DNA of 64,000 nucleotides from Acidobacteriota bacterium (GTDB lineage Bacteria; Acidobacteriota; Terriglobia; 2-12-FULL-54-10): NCBI GenBank assembly GCA_016191085.1, contig JACPPJ010000013.1, positions 9,415 to 73,414 of the forward strand, read 5' to 3'. Shown piece by piece: positions 47,819 to 56,342 of this stretch (position 1 is its first letter; each line of letters starts with the position of its first letter). The notes under the pieces were generated by a model. It saw only the letters and a program-made list of their open reading frames with translations, ran no database searches and was not told where the DNA came from. The position numbers and the translations under genes were made by a program.

Positions 47819-50716
47819 CTACGGCGCAACGTTGACTGTGACTGTATTGCTCGTGTTTCCAGACGCGGTGAGCACCAGTGCGACCGGTCTGCCGGTGGAC
47901 ACGCCTGCGGGAATGGTCACGTTGATTTGATCGAGCCCCACGAATCCCGGAGCGCGTCCGGTGAACGTCACGGGCGCGGACACTCCGTCGATTGTCACAA
48001 CAGGAGGAGGAAGAAGAGAGAGAGGACTAGACAAAGCGGCGGATCCCGTCGGCACATCCGAGCCTCCCAGGCCCGTCGCGTAGATCTGCAGCGTGCTGCC
48101 GATATGTTCGGGATTGCTGATGCTGTTGAGCGTGCCATCCTGGTTCAGCACTGCCCCGGCGCCTTTGCCATCACTGGCTGTGCTGAACACGCCGGGGCTC
48201 TGCGCCGCCACACTTAGCAACACTGTGCTTCCGGTAATTCCATTCGAAACCAGTGTCACTGCAACCGTGTTCAATCCAAGCACCTCTTCGGGAGTCTGCG
48301 CGTTGATCTGCCCTCCAGGACTGAACGTCGGAGCTGCATAAAATAGCGGCGCAGGCACGCCGCCGATCATTACCGTTGTGTTCAGAAGCTCGGTCGGCAG
48401 CGGGACGGAGTCGGCGCTCGCGATGGTGGGAACCACGTTGATGCCGAAGAGCGAAATAATCGAGCCGGGCGCAACCGGCGACACGCCGGGAGAGAAACTG
48501 GCTCCGTTTACCACGCCATCGGCATTGATCACCGGCGACTTGAAACTAGCCGGGACGAGGAAGAACTGGGCGGAGTTGCTCGATACGCCGTCCACTTGCA
48601 CGGTAATAGGCAACTCGCCGCGGTTGATCCCGAACGGAACCTGCACAATCAGTTGCGTCGGCGTCGCACGGGATACCGTAGCTGCGATGTCGCCAAACCG
48701 CACTGCGTTGTTTGTGGCAAGACCGCTGAAATTGTTGCCGTTGATCTTAACAGTCGCGCCGGAAGAGCCTGTTTGCGGTTCGACGGTCGTAATGCGCGGG
48801 CCAGATGACGGCAATACATAGAAGCCATTCTGTAACTGCTGGCAATCACCCGCGCCGCACACGAACACTGTGCGCGGTCCAATGGCGGCTAGAGCTGCGG
48901 CCTGAACCTGGGCCTCCAGTCGTGAGTTGGAGACCTGCTTCAACGAATTAACAGAGACATTGTCGCCCAAGCTAATGCTGGTCGAGGGTTGGAGATTCAA
49001 CCCATTAATAGTCACTGCCGCACTTTGGCCATTTACGCCGAAGTTTGGACTCAAAGACATCGCACTCGCCACGCCCGCAGACTTGTCCAGCACTCTCACA
49101 TCGGTCGAAGACGTGCCTTTGATAAGGCTCCCATCCAGCCCGTCGATCTGGAGCGCAAGCCGGATATTTTGACCGGCCAAGCTGGCCGGAACCTGCCATG
49201 TCTGGCTATATTGATTGGCCTGCGGCCCTGACGGAATGTAAGTCGAACCGGAAGCCGGTACATAGTTAGCTCCCCCGTCGGTTGATATGGATATCTGAAC
49301 CGGCGCGGGAAAACTCGCGGTGCTTGGATTCAGGGCGTTGCTGTCGTTGATGGTCCAACGGAGCTCGAACGGAGCGCCGGGCGTGAGCACATCTCCAGCC
49401 GACGGAGAGATCAATCGGACGGAAGCCTGCACGCGATCATTGTAAGAATAGAAATCGTTCGGAGTAGATGCGTCCGGTTCCCACCGGACCACCTTGCCTT
49501 CGCTGGCATTGGGCGACGAGTTACACGCCAAGATTAACCATTGCCCCGACGAACTGTAGCGCGTCCCTGCAGGAACCAAGATCAGGTCCGTTACCGTATT
49601 CAGTCCGCCAGCAACGGAGAAAGGCAGTGTCAGCGGCGTGCCCGAACCGCGCGCTACCATGCCTGAGACCGTACCGGAGGAGCCACCGCTGGTCAGCACG
49701 AACGAGTAGCCCAACTGTGAACTCTGGATTGTGAGTATCTGCTGCGCCTGCCCTAGTCCGCTCGCAACGACTGTGCCGGAACCGTCTGCCGGATTGATTT
49801 GATAAAGCTGACCAGTACCGCTGGTGGCGAGCAGTGAAATGCGATGGGTAACCGGGTTGGACACGAACCCCACTCCAGATATTTGCGGCACTACGAAGGA
49901 TAACCCGCGAAAAGGAGCATCAAACGTTCCGCTGATTGCCGTCTCCAGGTCCGACCGGGAAACCACGGAGATGCTGCGCGGTGGAGTAGCATCGCGCGCG
50001 TTTTGCTCCGCGATGTATAGATCTCCTGTCATCGGGTGTATCGCCAAAGATACTGGACTCAAAAGTCGATCACGATCATTATCCTTCCCTACAACCCTCC
50101 GAAACCGCTTTGAACCTAGATCAATGGCATACACCCAACCTTCGGCTAAACCTACCCCTAGCAGGTAGGCTGTGCCGTTCTGCGAGTACGGAGTAAGGTT
50201 GTAGATTACCTCTGACTGCAACGTCGTAACCGTCGTTTGGGCGCCGTCGGGTGCGATCTGCAGAATGGCTGTGTTGAATTTCCCTGCATTGGTTGCAATC
50301 GGGCTGGCCACATAAACGAAGCCGGTTGTCGGATGGTATGCCATCGTTAGTGGGAATGGAATCGCGGCCACATCCGACCTCTTCAACGAGACTACCGGCA
50401 GGGCGGCAAACTTGCTGTCATCATGGATGCTGGCGGCTTTGGTAATTGCTGTCCCCGACGCGGGAAGCAGTGCGGGTGACAGTGTGATGGTGGGCGCGTT
50501 GCCCGTGAATGGTTGATCATTGAGGCTCCAAGTGACAGCCGTTGACTCGCCGGGTAACGTACCCTGCACCTGAGCTGTGATGTTCACAGGCGCCGAAAAC
50601 TCGGATATAACGGCGGGAGGCGCCGCTGTAACCGAGACCTGCCCCCGCACTGGCGCAACCAGAACAAACGCCATCGTCGCGAGGCAAAGCGAGAGCTTAC
50701 CGATGTGACGGAGCAT
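47819..50716 (-). CDS. Giant secreted protein with propeller/IPT-like repeats and TIGR03437-like C-terminal domain
   Basis: Start MLRHIGKLSLCLATMAFVLVAPVRG (ATG 50716). C-terminus NGASFSPGVSPVAPGSIISLFG...FTGRAPGFVGLDQINVTIPAG is the same domain as the protein at 17394-20660. Confidence 0.8.
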   Translation of the reverse strand: MLRHIGKLSLCLATMAFVLVAPVRGQVSVTAAPPAVISEFSAPVNITAQVQGTLPGESTAVTWSLNDQPFTGNAPTITLSPALLPASGTAITKAASIHDDSKFAALPVVSLKRSDVAAIPFPLTMAYHPTTGFVYVASPIATNAGKFNTAILQIAPDGAQTTVTTLQSEVIYNLTPYSQNGTAYLLGVGLAEGWVYAIDLGSKRFRRVVGKDNDRDRLLSPVSLAIHPMTGDLYIAEQNARDATPPRSISVVSRSDLETAISGTFDAPFRGLSFVVPQISGVGFVSNPVTHRISLLATSGTGQLYQINPADGSGTVVASGLGQAQQILTIQSSQLGYSFVLTSGGSSGTVSGMVARGSGTPLTLPFSVAGGLNTVTDLILVPAGTRYSSSGQWLILACNSSPNASEGKVVRWEPDASTPNDFYSYNDRVQASVRLISPSAGDVLTPGAPFELRWTINDSNALNPSTASFPAPVQISISTDGGANYVPASGSTYIPSGPQANQYSQTWQVPASLAGQNIRLALQIDGLDGSLIKGTSSTDVRVLDKSAGVASAMSLSPNFGVNGQSAAVTINGLNLQPSTSISLGDNVSVNSLKQVSNSRLEAQVQAAALAAIGPRTVFVCGAGDCQQLQNGFYVLPSSGPRITTVEPQTGSSGATVKINGNNFSGLATNNAVRFGDIAATVSRATPTQLIVQVPFGINRGELPITVQVDGVSSNSAQFFLVPASFKSPVINADGVVNGASFSPGVSPVAPGSIISLFGINVVPTIASADSVPLPTELLNTTVMIGGVPAPLFYAAPTFSPGGQINAQTPEEVLGLNTVAVTLVSNGITGSTVLLSVAAQSPGVFSTASDGKGAGAVLNQDGTLNSISNPEHIGSTLQIYATGLGGSDVPTGSAALSSPLSLLPPPVVTIDGVSAPVTFTGRAPGFVGLDQINVTIPAGVSTGRPVALVLTASGNTSNTVTVNVAP

Positions 50717-51009
50717 CAAATTGAGAGCCGTTGATGGTTGCGATGCGTGCAAACGGAATCTGTACCTCGTTACGCGTGAAGGAGGGGAGTCTGGCACTGC
50801 AGCGAATCGGAGTTCAGATTTTACTGTTCGGAACTCGATTTTGCAAGCTGAAGCTGGTCCTTGAGCAGCCAGTACATTGATTGCGAAAGCCCCTTGCAGT
50901 TCCAGCTACGGCTTAGCATAATTCTAAGGAGCGTCAATGAACGTACCTGCCTGCTAGCAGTTTCAAGCTACTCATGGCCGGGGATGAGCCGCTCCAAGGG
51001 AGATCGGAA

Positions 51010-51282
51010 ATGGCTGCCGAGAACAATGGCACGGCGCTCGTCGGGCGCGCTGTCGAGGATTTGAACTTAACGGAACGCTTCAAGCACACCAACAAATGGG
51101 TGGCGTTCCGGATCTATACGCCTCCCGAAAAGGTAACTCGCGATGGCATCGAGTACGTCAATGTCCGCCATCGAAGAATAGAGGCCGCCGGAAGCAGCAT
51201 TGAAGAATGTGTCTCGCAACTGCGTAGCCGCGATTTGAACCCGGCAGAGTACGAGTTCACGATCCTGAAGCCGCCATACTAG
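51010..51282 (+). CDS. Hypothetical 90-aa protein
   Basis: GGGAG lies 7 nt upstream of ATG 51010. Protein-like sequence (KWVAFRIYTPPEKVTRDGIEYVNVRHRRIEAAGSSIEECVSQLRSRDLNPAEYEFTILKPPY). No assignable motif. Confidence 0.45.
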   Translation: MAAENNGTALVGRAVEDLNLTERFKHTNKWVAFRIYTPPEKVTRDGIEYVNVRHRRIEAAGSSIEECVSQLRSRDLNPAEYEFTILKPPY

Positions 51283-51329
51283 CTAGAACATCAAGGTGAG
51301 GTCGGCGCCACGTCAAAAGAGGCTCGGAA

Positions 51330-51452
51330 GGGCACGGCTTCAGCCGTGCCGATAATCGACGAAGTTTGGGCTTTAGCCCCTGAGGGTTTCTCCCTCAGCG
51401 GCTGAAGCCGCAGCTTTCCAGTGCATGTTTTGGCACGGCTGAAGCCGTGCCC
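51330..51452. repeat. Nested-palindrome repeat element, copy 7
   Basis: GGGCACGGCTTCAGCCGTGCC ... GGGCTTTAGCCCCTGAGG-(7 nt)-CCTCAGCGGCTGAAGCC ... GGCACGGCTGAAGCCGTGCCC. Confidence 0.9.
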
Positions 51453-51473
51453 TTAAGAGATCGGCGCATCAGC

Positions 51474-52961
51474 ATGGGCTCTACGAAAAATTCTCTGGAA
51501 AGTCTGGACCTGCTCAAGGACAAATATGAGCCTGTGATCGGGCTGGAAGTGCACGTGCAACTTCTGACCCGCTCCAAGATTTTTTGCGCCTGCCCCAACC
51601 GTTTCGGCGCGCCCCCAAATACCAACACTTGCCCTGTATGCCTCGGACTTCCGGGCGCGCTGCCGGTGCTGAATCGCGAGGCGGTAGTAATGGCTGTGAA
51701 AGCGGCTCTGGCGTTAAACTGCCGTGTCAATTCGCGGTCCATATTTGCCCGCAAGAATTACTTCTATCCGGACTTGCCCAAGGGCTATCAAATTTCACAG
51801 TACGATCAGCCGCTGGCAGAGCACGGCTGGATCGTGATTCATCCGTTGAGCCACGGCGCACCCAAGCGCATCGGCATCACGCGCGTCCACATGGAAGAGG
51901 ACGCCGGTAAGAGCATTCACGACGGTTTCCGCGACTCGAACGAGAAGACGTATGTGGACCTGAACCGCAGCGGGACGCCGCTGATCGAGATCGTCAGCGA
52001 GCCGGACCTGCGCAACCCTGACGAAGCCTACGATTACTTGACGCGCCTTAAGCAAACGCTGCTGTATCTCGGCGTCTCCGATTGCAGCATGGAAGAAGGC
52101 AGCCTGCGCTGCGACGCCAACGTGAGCGTGCGGCCGCGCGGACAGAAGGAGTTCGGCGTCAAGGCGGAGGTCAAAAATCTGAATTCGTTCCGCTACGTCG
52201 CCAAGGCGCTGGATTACGAGATCGGCCGCCAGGCACAAATGATTGAGAATGGCGAACTCGTCGCGCAGGAGACGCGCCTGTGGGACGTGGGGCTGCAGCG
52301 GACTGTGGGTATGCGCAGCAAAGAGTTCGCCCACGACTATCGCTATTTCCCCGAGCCGGACTTGCTGCCGCTGGTCGTAAGCGATGCGTGGCGCGAGGAG
52401 ATTCGGCAGTCGATTCCGGAATTGCCGGAAGCCAAGCGCGAGCGGTTCGTACAGCAGTTCGGGTTGCCGGAGTACGACGCTGAAGTGCTCACATCCACGC
52501 GGGAATTGGCGGATTACTATGAAAAAGCGGCCGCGCAAGCTCCCGACAAGAAGATCGCAGCTAATTGGGTTATGGGCGATCTGCTTGGAGCTTTGAAGGC
52601 GGCTGACCTAGATATCACCGCTTCGCCAGTCGCTCCCGAGCATCTGGCGGGATTGCTGCTATTGATTCATGACGGAACCGTCTCCGGGAAAATGGCCAAG
52701 GCGGTTTTCGAGAAGATGTTCGCGAACTCTCGCGAGGCGCGCGAGGTGGTCGCAGAAATGGGCATCCGGCAAATCACGGACGAGGGCGAGATCCGCAGGG
52801 TGATTCAGCAAGTGATGGCCGCGAGTCCCAAACAGCTTGAGAATTACCGCGTCGGCAAGGCCTCGCTGTTCGGCTACTTCGTCGGGCAGGTGATGAAAGC
52901 GACCAACGGACAAGCCAATCCTCAGAAGCTGAACGAACTGCTGAAACAAGAATTAGGTTGA
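51474..52961 (+). CDS. gatB: Asp-tRNA(Asn)/Glu-tRNA(Gln) amidotransferase subunit B
   Basis: [13 protein letters not shown]...KIFC...[19 protein letters not shown]...[20 protein letters not shown] 51474 is preferred, because the track start lies inside repeat copy 7. Confidence 0.95.
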   Translation: MGSTKNSLESLDLLKDKYEPVIGLEVHVQLLTRSKIFCACPNRFGAPPNTNTCPVCLGLPGALPVLNREAVVMAVKAALALNCRVNSRSIFARKNYFYPDLPKGYQISQYDQPLAEHGWIVIHPLSHGAPKRIGITRVHMEEDAGKSIHDGFRDSNEKTYVDLNRSGTPLIEIVSEPDLRNPDEAYDYLTRLKQTLLYLGVSDCSMEEGSLRCDANVSVRPRGQKEFGVKAEVKNLNSFRYVAKALDYEIGRQAQMIENGELVAQETRLWDVGLQRTVGMRSKEFAHDYRYFPEPDLLPLVVSDAWREEIRQSIPELPEAKRERFVQQFGLPEYDAEVLTSTRELADYYEKAAAQAPDKKIAANWVMGDLLGALKAADLDITASPVAPEHLAGLLLLIHDGTVSGKMAKAVFEKMFANSREAREVVAEMGIRQITDEGEIRRVIQQVMAASPKQLENYRVGKASLFGYFVGQVMKATNGQANPQKLNELLKQELG

Positions 52962-53054
52962 TCAGAGCCGCGACCGCGAGGGAGCGGGTGCGTCGTAGTT
53001 CGTATTCACGAAATGACCGGTCGCTCGCGCTCCCGGTTCTGAAGGAGAACACTA

Positions 53055-53507
53055 ATGGTTCAAGAAGGACAGGCAGCGCCGAATTTCGAATTGCTGGACG
53101 ATCAGGGCAGGAACGTAACGCTGAAGAGCTTCACAGGTCATCCGCTGGTGCTCTATTTCTTCCCCAAGGCCGATACTCCCGGCTGAACCGTGGAAGCATC
53201 CGGGTTCCGCGATGCCATCAAATCGTTCGAGAAGCTGAACGCGTCCGTCGTGGGAGTGAGTCCCGATTCGCCATCGGCACAAGCAAAGTTCAAAGAGAAG
53301 TATTCGCTGCCCTTCACGCTCCTGTGCGACGAGGATAAGAAGGTCGCCGATGCCTACGGCGTGTTGAAGGAAAAGAACATGTACGGCAAGACGGTGCTGG
53401 GCATAGAGCGCACGACGTTCCTGATCGGTCCGGCCGGTAACATTAAGAAGATTTTCCCGAAAGTTAAGGCCGAAGGCCACGCGCAAGAAGTACTGGCTGC
53501 ATTGTGA
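53055..53507 (+). CDS. bcp: Bcp-type peroxiredoxin with in-frame TGA at the peroxidatic Cys position (probable selenocysteine)
   Basis: Own translation: MVQEGQAAPNFELLDDQGRNVTLKSFTGHPLVLYFFPKADTPG-[TGA 53184-53186]-TVEASGFRDAIKSFEKLNASVVGVSPDS... The Bcp motif is PKADTPGCT, so the TGA replaces the catalytic Cys. SD GAAGGAG is upstream. The track only shows the fragment after the TGA (53190-53507). Confidence 0.7.
53189..53211 (+). promoter_or_regulatory. Candidate bacterial SECIS hairpin
   Basis: CGUGGAA-GCAUCCGGG-UUCCGCG: a 7-bp stem (one G-U pair) starting 3 nt after the UGA, with a G-rich apical loop 12-20 nt downstream of the UGA. Confidence 0.45.
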
Positions 53508-53522
53508 AAGATTGAAGACCTG

Positions 53523-53565
53523 GCCACGGCATGGTTTCTATGACGCACAAAGTACGTGCCGTGGC
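53523..53565. terminator. Hairpin between convergent bcp and proA
   Basis: GCCACGGCA (53523-53531) pairs with TGCCGTGGC (53557-53565). A 9-bp stem, but the loop is large (25 nt) and there is no clear U-tract. Confidence 0.3.
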
Positions 53566-53584
53566 TACGTGAACAAACTTTCGA

Positions 53585-54946
53585 CTAATCCGGCTTTGAT
53601 GGATCAAGCGAGCGGTGTTTGAATTGCTTTAGACCGCTGGCATACTCAGCCACCGTGTGGCCCTGTCCGAAAAGCTTGTATTTGTAGCTGGTCAGCCCTT
53701 CCAGACCGACAGGCCCGCGCGCGTGCAGTTTGCTGTTGCTGATGCCGATCTCCGCGCCGAAACCGTATCGGAACCCGTCGGCAAAGCGCGTCGAGGCGTT
53801 CTGGAACACGCCGGCCGCGTCCACCTCGTCCATGAACTGCCGCGCAGCCTCGCTGTCCTCCGTGACGATTGTGTCGGTATGGCGCGAGCCGTAACGGTTG
53901 ATGTGCGCGATGGCTTGCTCCTCATTCGCGACTACTTTGATCGAGAGAATCAGATCGGAGTACTCCGTGGCCCAATCCTCCTCGGTTGCCGGGATCACAT
54001 CCATGCCCTTCAGCAACGCGATCGTCTTCGGGCAGCCGCGTAGCTCCACTCCCGCTTCCTTCAGCTTTGCTGCGGCTACAGGCAGGAATTGAGCCGCAAC
54101 CTCCTGGTGCACCAGCAATGTTTCGGCGGCATTGCACACTGCGGGGTACTGCGCCTTGGAATCAACTGTGATCTTCACAGCTTGATCCAGGTCGGCGGCG
54201 CGATCCACGTAGACGTGACAGATGCCTTCTCCGTGCCCCAGCACGGGAATCCGACTGTTCTGCATGATGAACTCGACCATTTCGCGCGAGCCGCGAGGTA
54301 CGATCAGGTCCACGTCATTGCTGAGCGACAGCAGTTCCATGACATCCGCTCGCGAGTGCAGCAACTGGACCGAATCGGCCGGGACATCCGACAATTTCTG
54401 AAGGCACTCCCGCCAAACCGTGACGATCGCCTCGTTGGTATTGGCCGCCTCCGAGCCGCCCTTCAGGATCACCGCATTGCCGGATTTGAGCGTCAGCGAG
54501 GCGGCTTGAGGGATCACGTCGGGACGCGATTCGAAGATGAAACCGATTACGCCTAGCGGGCAGCTTTCCTTGTAGAGCACCAACCCGTCGTCAAGTTCTG
54601 TGGCGGCCAAGCGCCGTCCCAGAGGATCGGGCAGACGGGTCACGTCGCGAACGCGCGTGGACATCTCCTGAATGCCACGCTCGCTCACCTGCATGCGCTT
54701 GAACATCGCAGAGGAGAGCTTCCCGGAGGCAACGGCAGGCTGCGCCGCCGCGCAGTCGCGGCGATTGGCATCCAGGATGGCGTCGCGTGCGGCATCAATG
54801 GCATCGCCGATCGCGAGTAGCGCTTCATTGCGACGCCCGTTCGAAAGTTTCGCAAGCAGGCGCGACGCTGCTCTCGCACGCGCGGCCACATCCGCCACGC
54901 GGTCAGAAGAGGTTGCTAATTGGGTTTTATCAGGAACGGCCGTCAT
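53585..54946 (-). CDS. proA: Glutamate-5-semialdehyde dehydrogenase
   Basis: Aldehyde-dehydrogenase fold with ProA signatures (VIGFIFESRPDV, ILKGGSEA, CNAAETLLVH). Overlaps the proB stop. Confidence 0.95.
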   Translation of the reverse strand: MTAVPDKTQLATSSDRVADVAARARAASRLLAKLSNGRRNEALLAIGDAIDAARDAILDANRRDCAAAQPAVASGKLSSAMFKRMQVSERGIQEMSTRVRDVTRLPDPLGRRLAATELDDGLVLYKESCPLGVIGFIFESRPDVIPQAASLTLKSGNAVILKGGSEAANTNEAIVTVWRECLQKLSDVPADSVQLLHSRADVMELLSLSNDVDLIVPRGSREMVEFIMQNSRIPVLGHGEGICHVYVDRAADLDQAVKITVDSKAQYPAVCNAAETLLVHQEVAAQFLPVAAAKLKEAGVELRGCPKTIALLKGMDVIPATEEDWATEYSDLILSIKVVANEEQAIAHINRYGSRHTDTIVTEDSEAARQFMDEVDAAGVFQNASTRFADGFRYGFGAEIGISNSKLHARGPVGLEGLTSYKYKLFGQGHTVAEYASGLKQFKHRSLDPSKPD

Positions 54947-56216
54947 TCAGCACCACGATGTTATCACGTCTGACCAGTATGCGCGATTGAGGCGCACCCG
55001 CTGCGGCGCCGCGCGCCCGAGCCTTGCCCGCGGATTTTTCGGCCAGCACTTCCTCAGCCTCGTGGCTATCACAACCAGCAATGCCGCGCGCGATCTCGCG
55101 ACCTTCGCGGTTCACAATGCTCACGACATCCTTGATAGCGAAGTGGCTTTCGATACGCACCACTCCGGAACTCAGAAGGCTCGCTTTTCCATTCCGGATG
55201 GCCTGCTCCGCGCCGGAATCGACAACGATGCGCCCTTGCACGTCGGCGGCGAAGGCGATCCAACGCCGCTTCCCGCGGACACGCTTGTTAGGAAGAAATG
55301 CCGTGCCCACGGGCTCGCCGGCGAATATTTGTCTCAGCACATCGCGCGCCTGGCCGTTCGAGATTACGGCCGTTCCGCCGCACTGCATCGCGATCTCAGC
55401 GGCTTCAAGCTTGGTGGTCATCCCCCCGCGCCCGCCGCCCGAAGGTCCCGCAGCCATCGCCCTCATCTCGGGCGTGATCTCATCCACAATCGGGATGACC
55501 TCCCCGTCGCTCCTGCGGAGAAAGCCGTCCACATTGGAGAGCAAAACTAGAGCTTCGGCCTCCAATCCGCTCATCACCAGGGCGGCGAGCCGGTCATTGT
55601 CGCTGAAGACCGGCGTCCGCGCACCTTCATTCACAGAAGCGATCTCGGCGGTAGATACGGTGTCATTCTCGTTAATGATGGGAATGACGCCGAACTGCAG
55701 CAGCTTCTCGATGGTGTGCCGTAGATTCGAGTAGCGCCGCCACACCGTGAAGTCTTCCTCAGTCAGCAGCACCTGCGCGACTTTGATCTCCCACTTCGCG
55801 AAGAGACGCTTGTAGGCGTCCATTAAGAGGCTCTGACCTACGGCCGCACAAGCCTGCTTGGTGACCACATCGCGCAGCCGGGATTGGTGCAGGTCCAACC
55901 ACGCACGGCCTAATCCAACGGCGCCCGATGACACCAGCACCACTTGCCGCCCGGCCTTCATAAGCTCGGCGATCGAGCGGACAATCGGCTGCACGCGGTC
56001 GTCGCAGAGATGCCCGTCCGGCCCGCTCACGGTGCTGGTCCCCAGCTTGACTACCACCCGCCGCGCAGCGCGAAGATGCTTGCCGCGTTTTACTTCGAGT
56101 TTACTTTCGTCGTTCACGTGTTTGTTGATTTGCGAATAAGTGAGAGCCGCTTCAGAATGTGTTTGACGTTGATACCGCCCTTCCGCATTTTTGTAAAATC
56201 GACGACGGTTTCCCAT
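54930..56216 (-). CDS. proB: Glutamate 5-kinase (with PUA domain)
   Basis: RVVVKLGTSTV, VLVSSGAVGLG, FSDNDRLAALV, and a C-terminal PUA domain. The ATG at 56216 gives an unusually long N-terminus. An in-frame GTG at 56117 (MNDESKLEVKRGKHLRAARRVVVKLG) fits typical ProB length better. Confidence 0.9.
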   Translation of the reverse strand: MGNRRRFYKNAEGRYQRQTHSEAALTYSQINKHVNDESKLEVKRGKHLRAARRVVVKLGTSTVSGPDGHLCDDRVQPIVRSIAELMKAGRQVVLVSSGAVGLGRAWLDLHQSRLRDVVTKQACAAVGQSLLMDAYKRLFAKWEIKVAQVLLTEEDFTVWRRYSNLRHTIEKLLQFGVIPIINENDTVSTAEIASVNEGARTPVFSDNDRLAALVMSGLEAEALVLLSNVDGFLRRSDGEVIPIVDEITPEMRAMAAGPSGGGRGGMTTKLEAAEIAMQCGGTAVISNGQARDVLRQIFAGEPVGTAFLPNKRVRGKRRWIAFAADVQGRIVVDSGAEQAIRNGKASLLSSGVVRIESHFAIKDVVSIVNREGREIARGIAGCDSHEAEEVLAEKSAGKARARGAAAGAPQSRILVRRDNIVVLNDGRS

Positions 56217-56296
56217 TCTTTAGAGCGTTTAACTACAACGAAAGATCGCCCTTTCGCTCGTTTCGGAACTCCTTCAAGCTGATAATCTTCTTCCAT
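56114..56296 (-). CDS. Candidate 60-aa ORF, faintly HicA-like, stop overlapping the alternative proB GTG start
   Basis: MEEDYQLEGVPKRAKGRSFVVVKRSKEWETVVDFTKMRKGGINVKHILKRLSLIRKSTNT. The KG-x-x...TVV...G-x-x-x-x-ILK-x-x-x-L spacing recalls HicA, but the His residues are absent. GTGA overlaps the proB alternative start at 56117-56114. Confidence 0.3.
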   Translation of the reverse strand: MEEDYQLEGVPKRAKGRSFVVVKRSKEWETVVDFTKMRKGGINVKHILKRLSLIRKSTNT

Positions 56297-56342
56297 GTTG
56301 TGCCTAAAATGTAATCTCTTGTTGCCGGACGAATCGGTTCTG

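Noticed and set aside
52962-53054. Possible gatB terminator or structured element before bcp
   Set aside because: The complementary segments (GCGACCG/CGGTCGC and GGGAGCG/CGCTCCC) occur in A-B...A'-B' order, so they cannot form one simple hairpin. There is no U-tract, so this is left uncalled.
53184-53186. Bcp TGA as a plain inactivating mutation
   Set aside because: Not fully rejected. I rank it below the selenocysteine reading because the stop falls exactly on the catalytic Cys codon, both halves of the gene are otherwise intact, and a hairpin follows immediately. Absence of sel genes in the genome would reverse this.
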